This document shows positions 62,088-64,000 of a stretch of 64,000 nucleotides of DNA, piece after piece. A program made the position numbers and the translations under genes. The notes under the pieces were generated by a model. It had not been told where the DNA came from and searched no databases. It saw only the letters and a program-made list of their open reading frames with translations. The first letter of the stretch is position 1. The number at the start of each line of letters is the position of its first letter. This DNA comes from Paraspadella gotoi. Its lineage: Eukaryota; Animalia; Chaetognatha. The stretch is taken from positions 4,729,046 to 4,793,045 of the forward strand of contig CM119269.1 in the NCBI GenBank assembly GCA_051294375.1. The letters are read 5' to 3'.

Positions 62088-63780
62088 TCTTCTCTCTCTC
62101 TCTCTCTCTCCACTTCACATATTTGTGGGCTTCCAACTGTTCTGTCTGCTGGGTTTCCCCAATTTTGCCTCTGGTCTTTTTGTAGTTATAGAGCTTCCAT
62201 ATAGAACCAATAAAATAATACATAAATATTCCGTATCGAAGCGCGCGAAAGACCAGAAAAGAGAAAGACAGAAACAATGGCACAAGGAGAAGAAAGAAGA
62301 AACAGAGAATGAGAAAAAGACAAAAAAGCAACACAAGAAAAGAATGTAACACGACAAAGGGAGAGAAAGGGAAAGAAGAAAGAGAGAGAAAAAAAGAAAG
62401 GAGAAGAAAAGAAAAAGAAAGGAAGAAGAAGAGAGAGAGAGAAGCAGAGAAAAAACGCCAGCGGAGACAGAGAAGAAAAGAAAAATATATACATAACAAC
62501 CAGTAAATACTGAAAGTCAAAACGACAGAAAACGAATGGAAAGGATATAAAAACGTGAAAGAGCACAGAAAAGTAAACAAATAGAGAACAAGAAACCTCA
62601 GAAGACAATAATTAAAATTAATAACAACAGAGAAACAGACAGATTAGAATACACAACCAAACAGAGAAGAAGAAAGAAAAAAAAACGAGAAAAAAAAAAC
62701 GAGGATTCGAACAACTTAACACAGATTAACTGAAGAGGTCGTTACAAATCCAGTAGAGATTATCGCATATGGAACAGCGGACTATAACGATTATGAGGCA
62801 AACCGATTTTTTTTTGGGGGGACCAACCACCTTATTAAGAATTAAGAAAGCATCAAAGNNNNNNNNNNNNNNNNNNNNNNNNNNNNNNNNNNNNNNNNNN
62901 NNNNNNNNNNNNNNNNNNNNNNNNNNNNNNNNNNNNNNNNNNNNNNNNNNNNNNNNNNNNNNNNNNNNNNNNNNNNNNNNNNNNNNNNNNNNNNNNNNNN
63001 NNNNNNNNNNNNNNNNNNNNNNNNNNNNNNNNNNNNNNNNNNNNNNNNNNNNNNNNNNNNNNNNNNNNNNNNNNNNNNNNNNNNNNNNNNNNNNNNNNNN
63101 NNNNNNNNNNNNNNNNNNNNNNNNNNNNNNNNNNNNNNNNNNNNNNNNNNNNNNNNNNNNNNNNNNNNNNNNNNNNNNNNNNNNNNNNNNNNNNNNNNNN
63201 NNNNNNNNNNNNNNNNNNNNNNNNNNNNNNNNNNNNNNNNNNNNNNNNNNNNNNNNNNNNNNNNNNNNNNNNNNNNNNNNNNNNNNNNNNNNNNNNNNNN
63301 NNNNNNNNNNNNNNNNNNNNNNNNNNNNNNNNNNNNNNNNNNNNNNNNNNNNNNNNNNNNNNNNNNNNNNNNNNNNNNNNNNNNNNNNNNNNNNNNNNNN
63401 NNNNNNNNNNNNNNNNNNNNNNNNNNNNNNNNNNNNNNNNNNNNNNNNNNNNNNNNNNNNNGAGGAGACGAAAACCCGTCGAAAGTGTAACGTCTTTTTG
63501 ATGAGTTTATTTACAGAAGGAACACCTGGCGCCCTTCGTCGAGTCGGCGGAGAAGGAGGGAATTAACGGTTTCAAGGGGGGGGGGAAAAAGAACAACGTT
63601 TTTCTCCATCGATAGTTTTTGAAAGAATGTGAAAACTGACTCTGACGCGAAAGTGATGAAACTCATCCGTGAGCGATAAAGATTGAAATTTCGAAAAGAC
63701 TACATTTTTAAAGGTTTAGCTAATTTTTAAGCTAAAATTATTGAATTCGACATAATTCGTTCTCAATTCGATTCATCTTC

Positions 63781-63891
63781 CACCCTTGACTCGGCATATT
63801 CACCTTTGAATATACTATAATATAATATAATATAATATAATATAATATAATATAATATAATATAATATTCACCCTTGAATCGGCATATTCA
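63781..63891 (+). repeat. (ATAAT)n tract flanked by ~22-bp direct repeats
   Basis: cacccttgactcggcatattca (63781) and cacccttgaatcggcatattca (63870) bracket (ataat)n. Confidence 0.7.
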
Positions 63892-64000
63892 ACAGTCGAA
63901 ATCCACATGTCCATCAGGCAGATTTATTCATTAAACCATGAACGCATTTTATTCTCTCTACTTTCGATCTCATTAACGACCGACCGACCGACCGACCGAC

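Overview
Metazoan (spliceosomal-intron) draft-assembly window, AT-rich at the left and microsatellite-rich ((GA)n, (GAC)n, (GAAA)n) at the right, with nine N-gaps, five of them exactly 25 N. Supportable genes: the 5' half of a TMEM104/SLC38A12 orthologue (7 exons, 2868-5276, +), the 5' part of a BTB/POZ-domain gene (5729-6239, +), and four phase-compatible exons of a nephrin/Kirre/sidestep-like immunoglobulin-superfamily gene (-). The most unusual signal is that these Ig exons lie in non-collinear order. In transcription direction they come as exon3, exon4, exon2, exon1, and exon1 is the end of a 4.2-kb stop-free low-complexity exon. The same 'same strand, reversed block order' pattern recurs in a triplicated ~5.7-kb repeat-rich segment (6.4-31.6 kb), where one copy has every block inverted in place and the other two form a giant inverted repeat around noisy long-read-like sequence. 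Misassembly (wrong contig order plus raw long-read gap filling) is the most parsimonious explanation. Real block scrambling, back-splicing or trans-splicing cannot be excluded from sequence alone. Also present: a tRNA-derived SINE, a TA-flanked MITE, a palindromic hAT-like MITE with an 8-bp TSD, and minisatellites. Most ORFs in the supplied track are spurious microsatellite translations.
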